In this document: positions 28,764 to 39,017 of the stretch, in pieces
Position numbering within the stretch: position 1 is the first letter of the stretch
Layout of the letters: each line of letters begins with the position of its first letter
DNA from: Octopus sinensis
Taxonomy: Eukaryota
Reading direction: 5' to 3'
NCBI RefSeq assembly: GCF_006345805.1
Contig: NC_043007.1
Coordinates: 5,022,001-5,086,000, forward strand
Length of the DNA: 64,000 nucleotides
Made by a program: the position numbers and the translations under genes
Notes under the pieces: generated by a model
The model's database searches: none
What the model was told of the DNA's origin: nothing
What the model saw: only the letters and a program-made list of their open reading frames with translations

Positions 28764-29989
28764 AGTGATATCACACATGCATCTGCACACTCACATAGAC
28801 ACACACACATACAAATTACATGCCAACGAGGATCTTCAATATGGTTGCTTAACCTGTTAGAAATAGCAGTCAAATTTCTTTTAAATCACCACATTAGACA
28901 ATCAGTTCCTGAGTTTTAGTGGCTATGGTTCTGGGTTCGGTCCCACTGCGTGGCACCTTGGGCAAGTGTCTTCTACTATAGCCTCGGGCCGACCAAAGCC
29001 TTGCGAGTGAATCTGGTAGACAGAAACTCAAAGAAGCCCGTCATATATGTATATATATATGTGTATGTATGTGTGTGTATATGTTTGTGTGTCTGTGTTT
29101 GCCTCCCCCAACATCGCTTGACAACCGATGCTGGTGTGTTTACATCCCTGTAACTTAGCAGTTTGGTAAAAGAGACCGACAGAATAAGTACTAGGCTTAC
29201 AAAGAATAAGTCCTGGGGTCGACTTGCTCGACTAAAGGCAGTGCCCCAGCATGGCCGCAGTCAAATGACTGAAACAAGTAAAAGGGTAAAAGGAAAATAG
29301 AGGAATGTGACAGTCCGAATGCCTTGATCACAGAGCTATGTGATAAAGCTTCAACTGAGGCTAAACAACACCCACCCATGTAATTAAGCTAGTTACATTA
29401 GCTATTATTAATGATTGTATAATGGCAAAAGTAATTAAAAATAAATTAGTAATGACCTAATTATTAATTGGTGTTATTGAGGTCGATGTAATTGACTCAA
29501 TCTGTTTGTCTGTCCTTGTTTGTCCTCTCTGTGTTTAGCCCCTTGTGGGTAGTAAAGAAATAGGGGTTTCATTTAGATTTATGTTCTGAGTTTAAATCTT
29601 ATTTTCATCCAGCTCTATAAAATAAGTACCAGCTGTGCACTGGGGATCAATGTCATCAACTATCTCTTTCCCCTAAAATTGTCGCCTTTGAGTCAAAGTT
29701 TGAAATGATTATTATTAGTCAACTAGTTAATCATTTAACTAATTGACTGTTGGATTAATTGTGTGGTTGATCAATCAATCAGTTGAGTTCATCAGAATCC
29801 CGAGTGCAACCCTGATGAAGTTGCAAATGATGGACGAACTCATCTGATTGAAGAATGAATGGCTGAACAATTAAAGAAACACTCCAGAGGTTAATTGGTT
29901 CAATGATTAACGAGAGAAAGGGATTATCTTTCTACTTACTTGTCAATAGGTGTGGGGCCTTGGTTGATTAGAGACTCCGATTCTTCCAT
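630..29989 (-). CDS. SLC29A3: Equilibrative nucleoside transporter (SLC29/ENT family, ENT3-like), 13 coding exons, 429 aa
   Basis: join(29940-29989,27155-27236,24403-24551,22128-22222,19129-19179,17747-17832,16078-16224,15484-15514,12262-12350,9359-9464,4840-4925,3421-3626,630-741) = 1290 nt open frame. All junctions are GT-AG with matching phases, and an in-frame TGA precedes the ATG. ENT motifs: [89 protein letters not shown]. The family is secure; the paralogue symbol is an inference from the dileucine motif. Confidence 0.95.
1165..1583 (+). mobile_element. RTE LINE 3' end with 63-bp tandem array and (GAT)n tail
   Basis: Same 3'UTR follows the RTE coding end ([12 protein letters not shown]) elsewhere in the window. 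Further copies: + ~18120-19068, 19440-20290, 28345-28763, 41512-42191, 43500-43862, 51410-51686, 54710-55020, 55253-55434, 56550-56912; - ~5535-5875, 9615-9960, 17037-17430, 35353-35660, 42863-43083. Confidence 0.85.
1820..3335 (+). mobile_element. Decayed RTE-clade LINE (RT domain and 3' region)
   Basis: [51 protein letters not shown] insert, GRPRKTW; many stops and frameshifts. Other pieces: 12897-13330, 30780-31770, 36640-37080, 37670-38220, 55465-55810 (APE endonuclease), 45745-45915 (-). Confidence 0.9.
3421..3626 (-). CDS. ENT coding exon 12 (TM9-10)
   Basis: ctttcag / CG|gtaagt; matches ORF-track 3417..3626. Confidence 0.95.
4840..4925 (-). CDS. ENT coding exon 11 (TM8; [24 protein letters not shown])
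   Basis: ctcttttcag / gtaagt. Confidence 0.95.
5087..5532. repeat. Compound (TA)n/(TACATA)n microsatellite
   Basis: Directly visible. Confidence 0.98.
5900..6113 (-). mobile_element. Short PLE-derived repeat with degenerate hammerhead-like motif (6035-6001)
   Basis: GTTT-CCGCCAA-A-GAGC(TCC)GCTC-GAAA-CG-TT-AAAC followed by TTCCTGAGCGT..TAATAC, as in the 21 kb and 51.3 kb copies. Confidence 0.5.
6333..7453 (-). mobile_element. Tc1/mariner DNA transposon relic (DD37D/maT-like) with a nested mariner fragment at ~6408-6740 (+)
   Basis: TA-flanked imperfect TIRs; QDSAPCH..WPPNS..DYYV; nested piece [28 protein letters not shown]. Related relics at 38340-38830 and 53490-54080. Confidence 0.85.
7926..8378. 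mobile_element. Solo LTR
   Basis: TGTA...TACA termini with 4-bp TSD AAGT (7922-25 / 8379-82). Confidence 0.75.
8822..9195 (-). mobile_element. tRNA-derived CORE-like SINE family
   Basis: B box GGTTCAGTCCC, then GGCACCTTGGGCAAGTG core. Copies ~6150-6305, 15665-15775, 27360-27550, 28925-29290, 35680-35815, 42310-42460, 51690-51812. Confidence 0.85.
9359..9464 (-). CDS. ENT coding exon 10 (TM7; [21 protein letters not shown]...)
   Basis: cttcag / G|gtaatt. Confidence 0.93.
10297..10572 (+). mobile_element. tRNA(Arg)-like SINE family (GGAGGCGCAATGGCCCAGTGG head)
   Basis: A and B boxes. Copy 60857-61156 (-) has the same tail; copies 44748-45113 and 63400-63753 (-) have a different tail. Confidence 0.85.
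10600..11170 (-). mobile_element. Mariner (DD34D) relic, 3' part with TIR; second copy ~25700-26316 (+)
   Basis: [18 protein letters not shown]-like; TA + TTGGGTGATCCCAT terminus. Confidence 0.85.
12262..12350 (-). CDS. ENT coding exon 9 (cytoplasmic loop; ...SIWSVFLK)
   Basis: tttttcag / gtaagt. Confidence 0.9.
14295..14540 (-). mobile_element. Further tRNA-derived SINE family (partial second copy 13680-13897)
   Basis: Shared GTGGCTGAGCAC..GAGATTCAGCGTGATACAGA..GCTGAGTGGACTGG block; tRNA-like head at the right end. Confidence 0.7.
14765..15330 (-). mobile_element. CR1-like LINE 3' end
   Basis: [42 protein letters not shown]. Confidence 0.85.
15484..15514 (-). CDS. ENT coding exon 8 (31 nt; [10 protein letters not shown])
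   Basis: tttttcag / G|gtaagt; FxRYY motif; required for phase. Confidence 0.9.
16078..16224 (-). CDS. ENT coding exon 7 (TM5-6; [10 protein letters not shown]...SALLYF...YLYKL)
   Basis: long polypyrimidine tract + ttcaag / gtaagt. Confidence 0.95.
16378..16667. mobile_element. Fold-back (inverted-repeat) retroposon, copy 1, inserted in a SINE
   Basis: ~85-bp inverted arms; 9-bp TSD ACCCCAATG (16369-77 / 16668-76); homologous to 25984-26264. Confidence 0.8.
17747..17832 (-). CDS. ENT coding exon 6 ([28 protein letters not shown])
   Basis: ttaccag / CAG|gtaagt. Confidence 0.95.
19129..19179 (-). CDS. ENT coding exon 5 (TM4; [17 protein letters not shown])
   Basis: ttctag / gtgagt; phase 1-1 fits neighbours. 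Confidence 0.92.
21021..21056 (+). ncRNA. Minimal hammerhead-like motif in a short non-autonomous PLE-derived repeat (~20985-21150)
   Basis: CTTT-CTGTAGA-A-GAGC(GTAG)GCTC-GAAA-CG-TA-AAAG; flanks homologous to the 3' end of the PLE at 51290-51410. Confidence 0.55.
22128..22222 (-). CDS. ENT coding exon 4 (TM3; VGMKTRF...FVKVNTNS)
   Basis: tttttcag / gtaagt; VKVNT motif. Confidence 0.93.
22805..23670 (+). mobile_element. Decayed CR1/L2-group LINE RT fragment with internal deletion
   Basis: [61 protein letters not shown]. Confidence 0.9.
24155..24388 (-). mobile_element. tRNA-derived SINE family A (GGCGGCGAGCTGGCAGAA head; ...GGGGTCGATAAATTAAGTACCAG core)
   Basis: 15-bp TSD. Other copies ~795-1025, 11430-11628 (15-bp TSD AATGTGTCTAAACCT), 12655-12860, 16315-16800, 22295-22520, 30427-30657, 58310-58730, 59985-60190; opposite strand 29470-29700, 34925-35110. 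Confidence 0.9.
24403..24551 (-). CDS. ENT coding exon 3 (glycosylated loop + TM2; [10 protein letters not shown]...[11 protein letters not shown])
   Basis: ttttgcag / CG|gtaagt; N-T-T and N-M-S sequons. Confidence 0.95.
25984..26264. mobile_element. Fold-back retroposon, copy 2, inserted in a mariner relic
   Basis: Same architecture as copy 1; 12-bp TSD TTTATTTATCTT (25972-83 / 26265-76). Confidence 0.8.
26576..26939 (+). mobile_element. Non-autonomous Helitron
   Basis: A|TC start, CTAG|T end, terminal hairpin, no TSD. Confidence 0.85.
27155..27236 (-). CDS. ENT coding exon 2 (TM1; [27 protein letters not shown])
   Basis: ttttcag acceptor, AAG|gttggt donor, LLPWNFFIT signature. Confidence 0.95.
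27672..27989 (+). mobile_element. Inverted-repeat element (44-bp arms) enclosing a hammerhead-like core
   Basis: Arms 27672-27715 / 27946-27989 with 2 mismatches; TACA-CTGATGA-T-GAGA...TCTC-GAAA-AG-TGTA at 27775-27824. Confidence 0.6.
29940..29989 (-). CDS. ENT coding exon 1 ([16 protein letters not shown]); exon extends to acceptor at 30041
   Basis: ATG at 29989; donor AA|gtaagt; upstream tttttcag acceptor; PxD motif preceding TM1. Confidence 0.9.
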
Positions 29990-32900
29990 CTTTAATTTTG
30001 ATCAAACTTTTTCGTTATACTTAAAATAAATTAATGGAAAGCTGAAAAACAAAGACAAAAAAAAAATAGAAAATCAAGTGAAATCTTTAAAAATTATTTT
30101 GGAGTTAATACGATTGTATTTGATGGCAAAACAGCCACATGGACATGAAAGATGCACCCCAGTTTCAGCAGACATTATCCAGGAAGAGGAAAAAATCTTT
30201 TTGGGGCATTAACCATTTAGCATTCAGCTTACTCTGTCAAAAGTATTGCTTATTTATTCACATTGTTTTGAATTAATCATGGATTATCTTGTAGCTTTGG
30301 AATTTCAATAAAGGGATTGTTTATTTTTAGAATGACATTGTCAGGTAGGTATGAGAGGCCAGAGCTGACTAGTATGAACATAAAAACAGGTAGAATATTT
30401 GGGTTGGATATGTTAGTTTAAATACATATTTCTTTACTACCCACAAGGGGCTAAACACAGAGAGGACAAACAAGGACAGATAAATGGATTAAGTCGATTA
30501 TATCAACCCCAGTGCATAACTGGTACTTATTTAATCGACCCCGAAAGGATGAAAGGCAAAGTTGACCTCGGCAGAATTTGAACTGAGAACGTAGCGGCAG
30601 ACGAAATACCGCTAAGCATTTCGCCCGGTGTGCTACCGATTCTGCCAGCTCGCCACCAGTTTTAATATCATATTGTTAAAGCATGTAATATGTAAAGCTG
30701 TCTAGCAGTACATTACAAAACAACAGTACAAATAATAATAATAATAATATAATAATAATAATATTATTATTAAATGCCAAGAAAGTATAAAAAATGTCAG
30801 CGGGGGGATCCTTAGAAGTAGTAAACAGTTTCTGTTACTTAGGTGACCATGTTAGAAGTGGAGGAGATAGTTCTGAAAGCGTAGCTGCTACAATAAGAAC
30901 AGGCTGGGAAAGTTCAGGGAGCCACTACCTCTGTTAGTGATGAAGGGCCTGTCCCTCAGAGTGAAAGGCAGGTTGTATGATACCTGTGTATGAACAGCTA
31001 TGCTACATGGCAATGAGACATGGGCTGTGACTACTGAGGACATACAAGGCTTTGGTCAGCCTGTGGCTATAGTAGAAGACACTTGCCCAAGGTGCCATGC
31101 AGTGGGACTGAACCCAGAACCATAGCCACTAAAACTCAGGAACTGATTGTCTAATGTGGTGATTTGAAAGAAACGAAGCCTGCATGCTCTGCTGTCACTG
31201 TGCATATGACTAAGTGTAAGTGATTTGAGAGAAAAGCTAGGGATGTGAGGCATCAGATGTAATGTGCAAGAGAGAAGACTGTGCTGGGATGGTCATGTAA
31301 TGTGTACGAATGGAGACAGATGCATCAAAAAATGCCAATCTCTAATTGTGGAGGGAACATGTAAAAGGGGTAGACTCAGGAAGAGGAAGTGGTGAGAAAG
31401 GATCTTCTGATGTTGGGACTCACAAAAGGGGTGACAGCGGATTGAGACTCCTGGTGGTTTGCTGGAGAAGACACTTAAAAGCTAAGTAAGATCAGGGTTG
31501 CCCTTGCATACAGGCATGTCCCCTGCATCCCACTTCAGCTGATCATTCCTAACTTTGTAGGGTCGTGGGTGCTGGTGCCTCATTAAAAAGCACCTAGTCC
31601 ACATTCTGTAAAGTGGCATTGGGAAGGGCATCCAGCCATAAAAACCCTGCCAAAGCAGACAGCTGGAGTCTGGTGTAGCTCCCTGGCTTGCCAGCTTCTG
31701 TCAAACCATCCAACTCAAGCCAAACCCATCCCAGCATAGAAAATGGATGTTAAATGATGATGATGATGTTAGACAGTAGGGGCCATTTGGACTAAAATTA
31801 GTCTATAATAGTGTCAGGGACAAAATCAGCTTATGGGAGGTCCAGCTTTGCTCATAGGATCTGGGGTGAGTTTTGGAACATTTTTCTGGGAAAAAAGTGC
31901 ATTTTATCTATATATTACTAAAACTTTGTGATTGCTTGTGTTCTTGCTTGCGTGCATGCTTGTCTGTAATTTGATACAGCCAAATCGGTGCATAATGGGA
32001 AAATACTCTGAAAGTACCCCTGAAATGTGAAAACAAATGGAACAAAACAAGTTTTGCATAAATTGGACCATGGGATTCCTGTACCTTGAACTATTGGTGA
32101 ACCAGCAGGTAATCTTGTACATCATTAAATATGGTAAATCAGTTCATCATAACATTATTACCGTTATCACCATGACTATCACTATTTATTTCTAAAATCA
32201 TAAAAACAATTATTATCGTTCATATCAGTTTTATAATTAACCTCATCAAAATTATCATTAACACCATTGCTACAAGCAGTTAGAATTATCAGCACAACAA
32301 TATACTACCAGGTTAATGATAAAATTATCAACACAATTATAATTGAAGTAACAATAATTATATAATAATAATTTCTTTTATTTGCCACGAAAGCAACAAA
32401 TGAGGAGGACATTACAGGGATAGTTTACAGTTTGTGTGTGTCAGTTTACATAAAAAATGAGGGGAGGAACCTAAAACAAGGGTCAATTAAGAAACCCCAC
32501 AGATCTAGGATCGACCTGATCATCAAGGGCACAAACCCTCACCTAACTGTTCCTCATCAATCTACAGGTACATGATTATAGTAGATGTATTACCCATCTT
32601 TTGACCAATGAGGAAGGGTGTCTAGCCTCAATCCTTTCAACCTCTTTCACCAGGTCCACAATACAGAGGAATACTGCCAACCCTGCTTTGTTGAAGGTGG
32701 GTGATGAGGTGAACCTCATCCTACATGTGACACTACATGAGTGAAAGCAGTCTGGTTTTCTCACTCTGTCTGCCTCTTCAGTAGTCCTGCCTGTAGAGTT
32801 TATCCTGAACTAGCAGTGCCCTTTGACAGCACTATCAGGCAAGGGATTTCTGGAAAATTAGTCCCTGAAACAGACCCTCATCAATACCCAGAGTTTCTCA

Positions 32901-33006
32901 CTCACCACTAGATTCTTAAATATTGCAAACATAGAACTTCTACTGACTGCATTGCTCAACCTGTAGAGAACAATGAGTGCCTGATGACATTCCAGGTGCC
33001 ATTAAT

Positions 33007-33055
<49 letters not shown>

Positions 33056-33073
33056 TAGGAATCTTAGAAAAGA

Positions 33074-33438
33074 CTAGCACTATGACCCGGCATAGTGCTC
33101 GTGCATGCATATACAGCTGCATGCGTGCACACATATACGCGAGTACTGTCCAAATCTCCGACCAATCACATACAGCTAGCTGGCATTCAATTGGCGTATC
33201 AAGTTTCGGGCATTTTGATTGGGTTTTGGATAGAAAATTCACAAAAAAGTCACTTCTATTGATTTTTTAATGGCTTTGCGGGGTGACTGGGGAAATGTAA
33301 AGATGTGCATGACCACCCTTGGGTGGTTTAGAATGACCATAGAAAGTGCGAGCCCTCTAACTGAAAAATAGTGAATTTGTATAAAGGGGACACACACACA
33401 CACACACACAGACATTTTGTCATTTATATATATAGAGA
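33074..33438 (-). mobile_element. Non-autonomous Helitron, same family as 26576-26939
   Basis: Reverse-complement copy with the same termini; hairpin loop partly deleted. Confidence 0.85.
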
Positions 33439-33649
33439 TTCTTGTGATTTGATGAAACTTCTGATCACCAGACTTCAAGACAGCATCCCTGCTAAGTAAT
33501 GTAGCATGCAATAACTTTAATGATGATGATGATCAGAAGAATCCTTTCTATTATGGGCACAAGGTAAAAATATTGTTCATGGCAGTGGAGGGATAGAAAC
33601 TTAATAATAATAATGATGATGGTGATGATGATGATGATGATGAGCAGCA

Positions 33650-34190
33650 GCAGTGCCAAGCAGTGGCTCTCATGGCTTCTGATCTTAACTGATTGGAAGT
33701 GTTCTCATGTACATTGTTTTGTCTTGGTATAAAAGATGGGCTAACAACAAATATTCTGCTCAATACCACAGATTTGCTTGTCAGTTGTTTGACCTTAACC
33801 AGTTGAGTATGTCCCTTAGTGGCTGACGATATGTGCATCCCTGATCACGAGCACAAGTAGTAGGGGAGCATCATAGCCATGTGTTGGGAGGGATTCTTTG
33901 GGGTTTGAATAATTCACCTCTGGAAACATGGTTGTTTTGTTCAACATCCTTAAACAACCCTTATTCAGGGACCTTTTGAGTGGGATGGGTTACTCAACCA
34001 GAAGAAAATTCCAACTGGGCCCCACCTACAAGCTCATGGAGCTTTTTATCTTGATATGAGATCACAATGTCGCGCACATATGGTTGTGATGCATGTGCCT
34101 AGTGCACCCTTATCAGACGGGTAATCATAATGGGTATATTTTGTATATTTTACCCCAGTGTCATTTTGATGGCATGCACTGCTCTCTCAC

Positions 34191-34220
<30 letters not shown>
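33650..34220 (+). mobile_element. Unclassified retroposon-like segment ending in (AAT)n
   Basis: Higher-complexity block between microsatellites with a simple-repeat tail. Confidence 0.35.
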
Positions 34221-34249
<29 letters not shown>

Positions 34250-34376
34250 AAGAAGAAGAAGAAGAAGAAGAAGAAGAAGAAGAAGAAGAAGAAGAAGAAG
34301 AAGAAGAAGAAGAAGAAGAAGAAGAAGAAGAAGAAGAAGAAGAAGAAGAAGAAGAAGAAGAAGAAGAAGAAGAAGA
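34193..34376. repeat. (AAT)n followed by ~50 uninterrupted (AAG) units
   Basis: Directly visible. Confidence 0.98.
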
Positions 34377-34512
34377 GAAGTACAATGATGAAGATATATT
34401 GAAAATGAACATACATTTCACCCTTAACCCAATATTAAACACACATTATTCCTACAAACTAATAGTAACATATATTATTCCGACAGGTAACTGCCAAACA
34501 CATTATTCTCAC

Positions 34513-34740
34513 CTGCCTGTTGCCACCAATTATTCTTCCTACCTTATTGTTAAACAGTCTGCATTTAGTTGGCCATGAAAGATACATCTGAATACTACAA
34601 CCAACAATTTTTCATAAGACTTTAATTTTTTGTTGTCTTGTTTGTTCATTGTTTTACAATATCCAACACCATGAAACATAAACTGACAACAGGTAGCTGT
34701 AGTCTCATCAATTAAAAGAGTCTGGCTAGAAACACGCAGC
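34513..34740 (-). other. Probable non-coding 5' exon of the ENT gene (5' limit uncertain)
   Basis: CAG|gtgaga donor at 34512 in non-repeat sequence; coding exon 1 has an acceptor, so an upstream exon must exist. Confidence 0.4.
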
Positions 34741-34769
34741 TCATTACTTTCCTACATTTTTTAGTTGTT

Positions 34770-34843
34770 ATTTGCATTTTTTGGCAATTGGCCTGCATCT
34801 TTTGCATATTTACTGCTACTTCTGGGAATGGTAGTTCACTTCC
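34770..34843 (-). promoter_or_regulatory. Candidate promoter: ZNF143/Staf-like site plus octamer
   Basis: Minus strand ACTACCATTCCCAGAAGT (34835-34818) resembles ACTACAATTCCCAG; ATTTGCAT at 34770-34777. Confidence 0.35.
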
Positions 34844-36576
34844 ACTTACTCTTAGAAATATTATAGTCATCTTAATTATTATTGTATGTGTTATGATCAT
34901 CTCTTTTATTATCACACCTGTGTAAAGCAGCAAGCTGGCAGACTCGTTAGCATGGTGGGTAAAATATTTAGCAGCATTTTGTTCATTTTCATGTTCTGAG
35001 CCCAAATTCTGCTTTCATCCTTTGTATCAATAAAATAAGTACCAGGTGAACACTGTGGTCAGTGTTATTGACTTATTGCTACTCAAAAATTGCTGGCCTT
35101 GTGCCAAGATTTGATATCATTATCACACCTGTAGTGTGTGTTAGTTCAGTTGAACAATTTGATAATAAAATTTTAAGTTTTCCAATTAGATAAATTCATC
35201 AAGTAAATAGAAGATAAAACAGTGATTTTTTTAAATGTTGCATATGACTTCTATTGTTTTTGAATGTTATAATAATCAAGGTTTTTAATGGAAGATGTGA
35301 AATGAAGGAAAGGTGGGACAAGAGAGATGTGAGAGGAGAGAGATGATGATGATCATCATCATCGTTTAACGTCTGTTTTCTATGCTAGCATGGGTTGGAC
35401 GATTTGACTAAGGTCTGGCGAACCAGATGGCTGCACCAGACTCCAATCTGATCTGGCAGAGTTTCTACAGCTGGATGCCCTTCCTAATTCCAACCACTCC
35501 GAGAGTGTAGTGGGTGCTTTTACGTGCCACCGACACGAGGGCCAGTCAGGTGGTACTGGCAGTGGCCATGCTCAAATGGTGCTTTTTATGTGCCACCTGC
35601 CCAGGAGCCAGTCCAGCGGCACTGGCAACGGCCTCGCTCGAATGTTTTTTCACGTGCCAGCAAGGCAATGCAGGTGGGCATGGCTGTGTGGTTAGAGAGC
35701 TTGCTTCCTAGCTACATGGTTTCAGGTTCAGTCCCACTGCGTGGCACTTTGGGTAAGTGTCTTCTGCTATAGCCTCGGGCCAACCAAAGCTTTGTGATTG
35801 AATTTGGTTGGCGGAAGTTAGTGCCGTGTGTATATATGTGTGCGTAGGTGCTTGTGCCTCTCCAAGATGATAGATGACAGAGATGCAATAAGAGAGAGAT
35901 ATGAGATGAAAAAGATTTGAGAGGATAGAGGTGGTAGATGAGAGAAATGAAAGTGGTCTGAGATGTAGGATGATAGAGATGTAGAATGAGAACAATATGA
36001 GATAACAGAGAAGTGAGAGGGGAGAAATAAGAGATAAATGATGAGAGGTGCATCAGAGATATGAGAGATAAAAGAGATGTGATGTGACAGAGATGAGGAA
36101 TGAAGGTGAAAGTGGCATGAGAAGAAAAAGACATGATGACAAGGATGTGAAATGTGAAATGATCAAAGTCTTAAATGACAGACATGAAATATCATAGGAT
36201 ATATGATTACCAACTTCCAAATTTGCATAATGTATTTTCTAGTAGTTCCTATCAGGGCATTCTACTTCGCTTCTGTTGGGGGAAGGTAACAGATCACGTA
36301 GAAAAGTTACCTGCAGCAGACTGGTAACCTACTTCAAGGAAGAATGGTCTTCCCTGGTTTTATGCAGTGAAACTGGGGTGAATCCACAATGGCCCTTACA
36401 AGCCACTGGAAATTGAGGAAGCATTTTATATTACAATGTCAAGTGCTTATGATCCTGTTACGTATAGTTTAATTGGTCTCGCCTCACAAAATGGACGTTA
36501 CCAAGAAAAATGTTCAGATAAGCATCTCTTGTTTGTCCAACCTAGCATACAACTAATCCTCACTTTATAGCCCTCA

Positions 36577-36624
<48 letters not shown>

Positions 36625-37114
36625 CATCATCATCAAGTGTTTCAAATTGCAAGAAAGTGTCTGGGAGAAAATCTCAGCATCATAAGAGAGAAATGTGTCC
36701 TCATGGATAATGTTTCACTTGCATTTAATGAGTCTGCAAAGAAAGATACTTAGAAACACTGCTATGAAAGGCTGCTAAATGAAGGGAATGAATGGGAGAA
36801 GGAGAATCTGCCAATTGTTGGCCCAACTGAGGGACCTGCTATCTGAAACAACAATACCTTGGTAGATAAAGCAATTAAGGATATGAAGTCAAGGAAAGCC
36901 CTCAGCCCAACAGGAATCATTGCTGGGAAGGTTAAAGTATCTGGCAGTGTGGGTTATGGTCTAGTCATCCATATAGTTAACCAGGTGGAACATGAAGGAG
37001 TTATACCCAATGACTGCTGTAGCAGCACCATAATCAACTGCTACAAAGGTAAAGGTAAAAATAATTACAGGTGTATCAAACCATGTACTGTCCTATATTT
37101 AGAATATATGTCCA

Positions 37115-37343
37115 CGGGCATATGGCCTAGTGTTTAAGAGTGCGAGCTATTAACCCCAAGATTCCGAGTTCGATTCCAAGCAGTGACCTGAACAATAATA
37201 ATAATAATAACATCGAAAAATACCTTAGGAATGAGAACCCAGGTTCGAAATTTCCCCAAGACACTTGATGAAGGCTGAAGGGTATATCAGCTGAAACGTT
37301 AACAACAAACAAGATGAGGACAAATATCCGTCAAATGTAAATA
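37115..37343 (+). mobile_element. tRNA-headed SINE carrying a hammerhead-like motif
   Basis: A box TGGCCTAGTG, B box GAGTTCGATTCC; TTGATGA-A-GGCTGA(agggtata)TCAGCT-GAAA-CGTT at 37265-37300; TSD-like ATGTCCA at 37108-14 / 37344-50. Confidence 0.65.
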
Positions 37344-37398
37344 ATGTCCAGAACCATGTAGTTGGAAGGCAAACCTCTTATCACACAACTCTCCTGTA

Positions 37399-37436
<38 letters not shown>

Positions 37437-39017
37437 CAATGCCAATCTGGTCACAGTCCAATGAGTAAAATCAGTTTTTATCAGTTTTTATATTGCTGAT
37501 TTTTTTTTGTTTTTTGTTTTTTAGATAACGTATGAGAATGAGAGTTAATTCCTGGTCTTGGCCTTGAACTTAGCAGAACACTAATGAATGACTTTTTACT
37601 AAAACAGCTTTCACCATGAATGTCTAAAGATTTCCTTGCTATCAATAGTTCTGTAACAATTAATGAATTTCAAGCCTTTGTACTTGGCTTTTGTTGACTT
37701 GCAGAAAGCCTTTGACAGGGTCCCCCGATCCCTTATCTGGTGGTCAATGCGGAAACTGGGGATAGATGAGTGGCTGATAAGACCTGTAGAAGCTCTGTAC
37801 AGGGACGCTGTCAATAAGGTGAGGGTTGGCAACAAGTATAGTGAAGTATTCCGAGTAGAAGTAGGGGGTTGACCAAGGATCGGTCCTCAGCCCCCTCTTG
37901 TTCATTATAGTCCTCCAGGCAATAACAAAGGAATTCAAGACAGGCAGCCTCTGGGAGCTCCTCTATGCTGATGACCCTGCTCTAATAGCCAAGTCACTGT
38001 CAGAACTGAAGTTTAGGGTGTGGAAGCAAGGTCTAGAATCGAAGGGCCTTAGGGTTAACCTAGCCAAAATGAGGTCTTAGTAAGTAGGAAGGCTGTCAAA
38101 TCACAACCCCACTCAGGTGGATGGCCTTGCTTGCTCTGTAGAAAAGGCGTGGGTAGAAACTCCATACAATGTACCTGATGTAAGCTATGGACACTCAAAA
38201 GGTGCAGCAATATCAAATGAATTGGACAGTTTGTGAGGAGCCAGCAGAAGACGTGTTTTGGCAGGGGTTTTATGGCTTGATGCCCTTCTGAACACCAACT
38301 AAGCAGCAGAATGTATAGAGCTACACACCCACACACACAAGTTGGTGAATGCTGGCATAATCCTTACCTTCAGCTCATCTTTGGTGTTACAAGGAGTTTT
38401 GTTGATCTCTTGCTCAACTATGCACCACACATAATAATCAAGGCGGTTGCAGTCTGGAGAGTTAGGTGACCAGATGTTAAGGAAGATATGGTCACAGAAA
38501 TTGTCTGACAACCACAACTGGATTCTCCTGCTTGTGTGGCATGGCGCAGAGTCTCGTTGTCTGACATAGGGTCTTCCAGCAGCCACCCTCTTGACTTCCT
38601 TCAGGCACTTGATGTAGGCCTGTGTTGAGTCTGAGGCCGTGTGGGAAGATGAAAGGAGGTATGACATTACCATCACTAGTAATCACTCCAAACACCATGA
38701 TGTTGATTGGATGTTTGATCTTTATCACTTTCGGTACATGTTTTGAGGACATGGCAAACCAACGGTTGTTCTGTGTTTACCATCTGTTCTTATTGGAGCT
38801 TTCATTTTGCCATAGCACCTTACCATCCGTTTTGTGTGAAGCCTTTAGAATTTGGTCAGCGTTTAACACACATGTAGAAAAGTTTGACTGGGGACTGTTG
38901 GTGCTGCTGTCTACAGTTGCTTTTTGAGCAAGAGAGAGAAAAAGAGAGTTTACTAAGAAGTAGAAGAGAGGGTGAAAATTCCCATGAAGGGGAGAGAACT
39001 GCTTCAGAGTTGATATA

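Noticed and set aside
29812-29847. Box C/D snoRNA
   Set aside because: Boxes are only ~25 nt apart and antisense to the host gene; better explained as part of the hairpin
34130-34442. Poly-K/F/S ORFs
   Set aside because: Translation of (AAG)n
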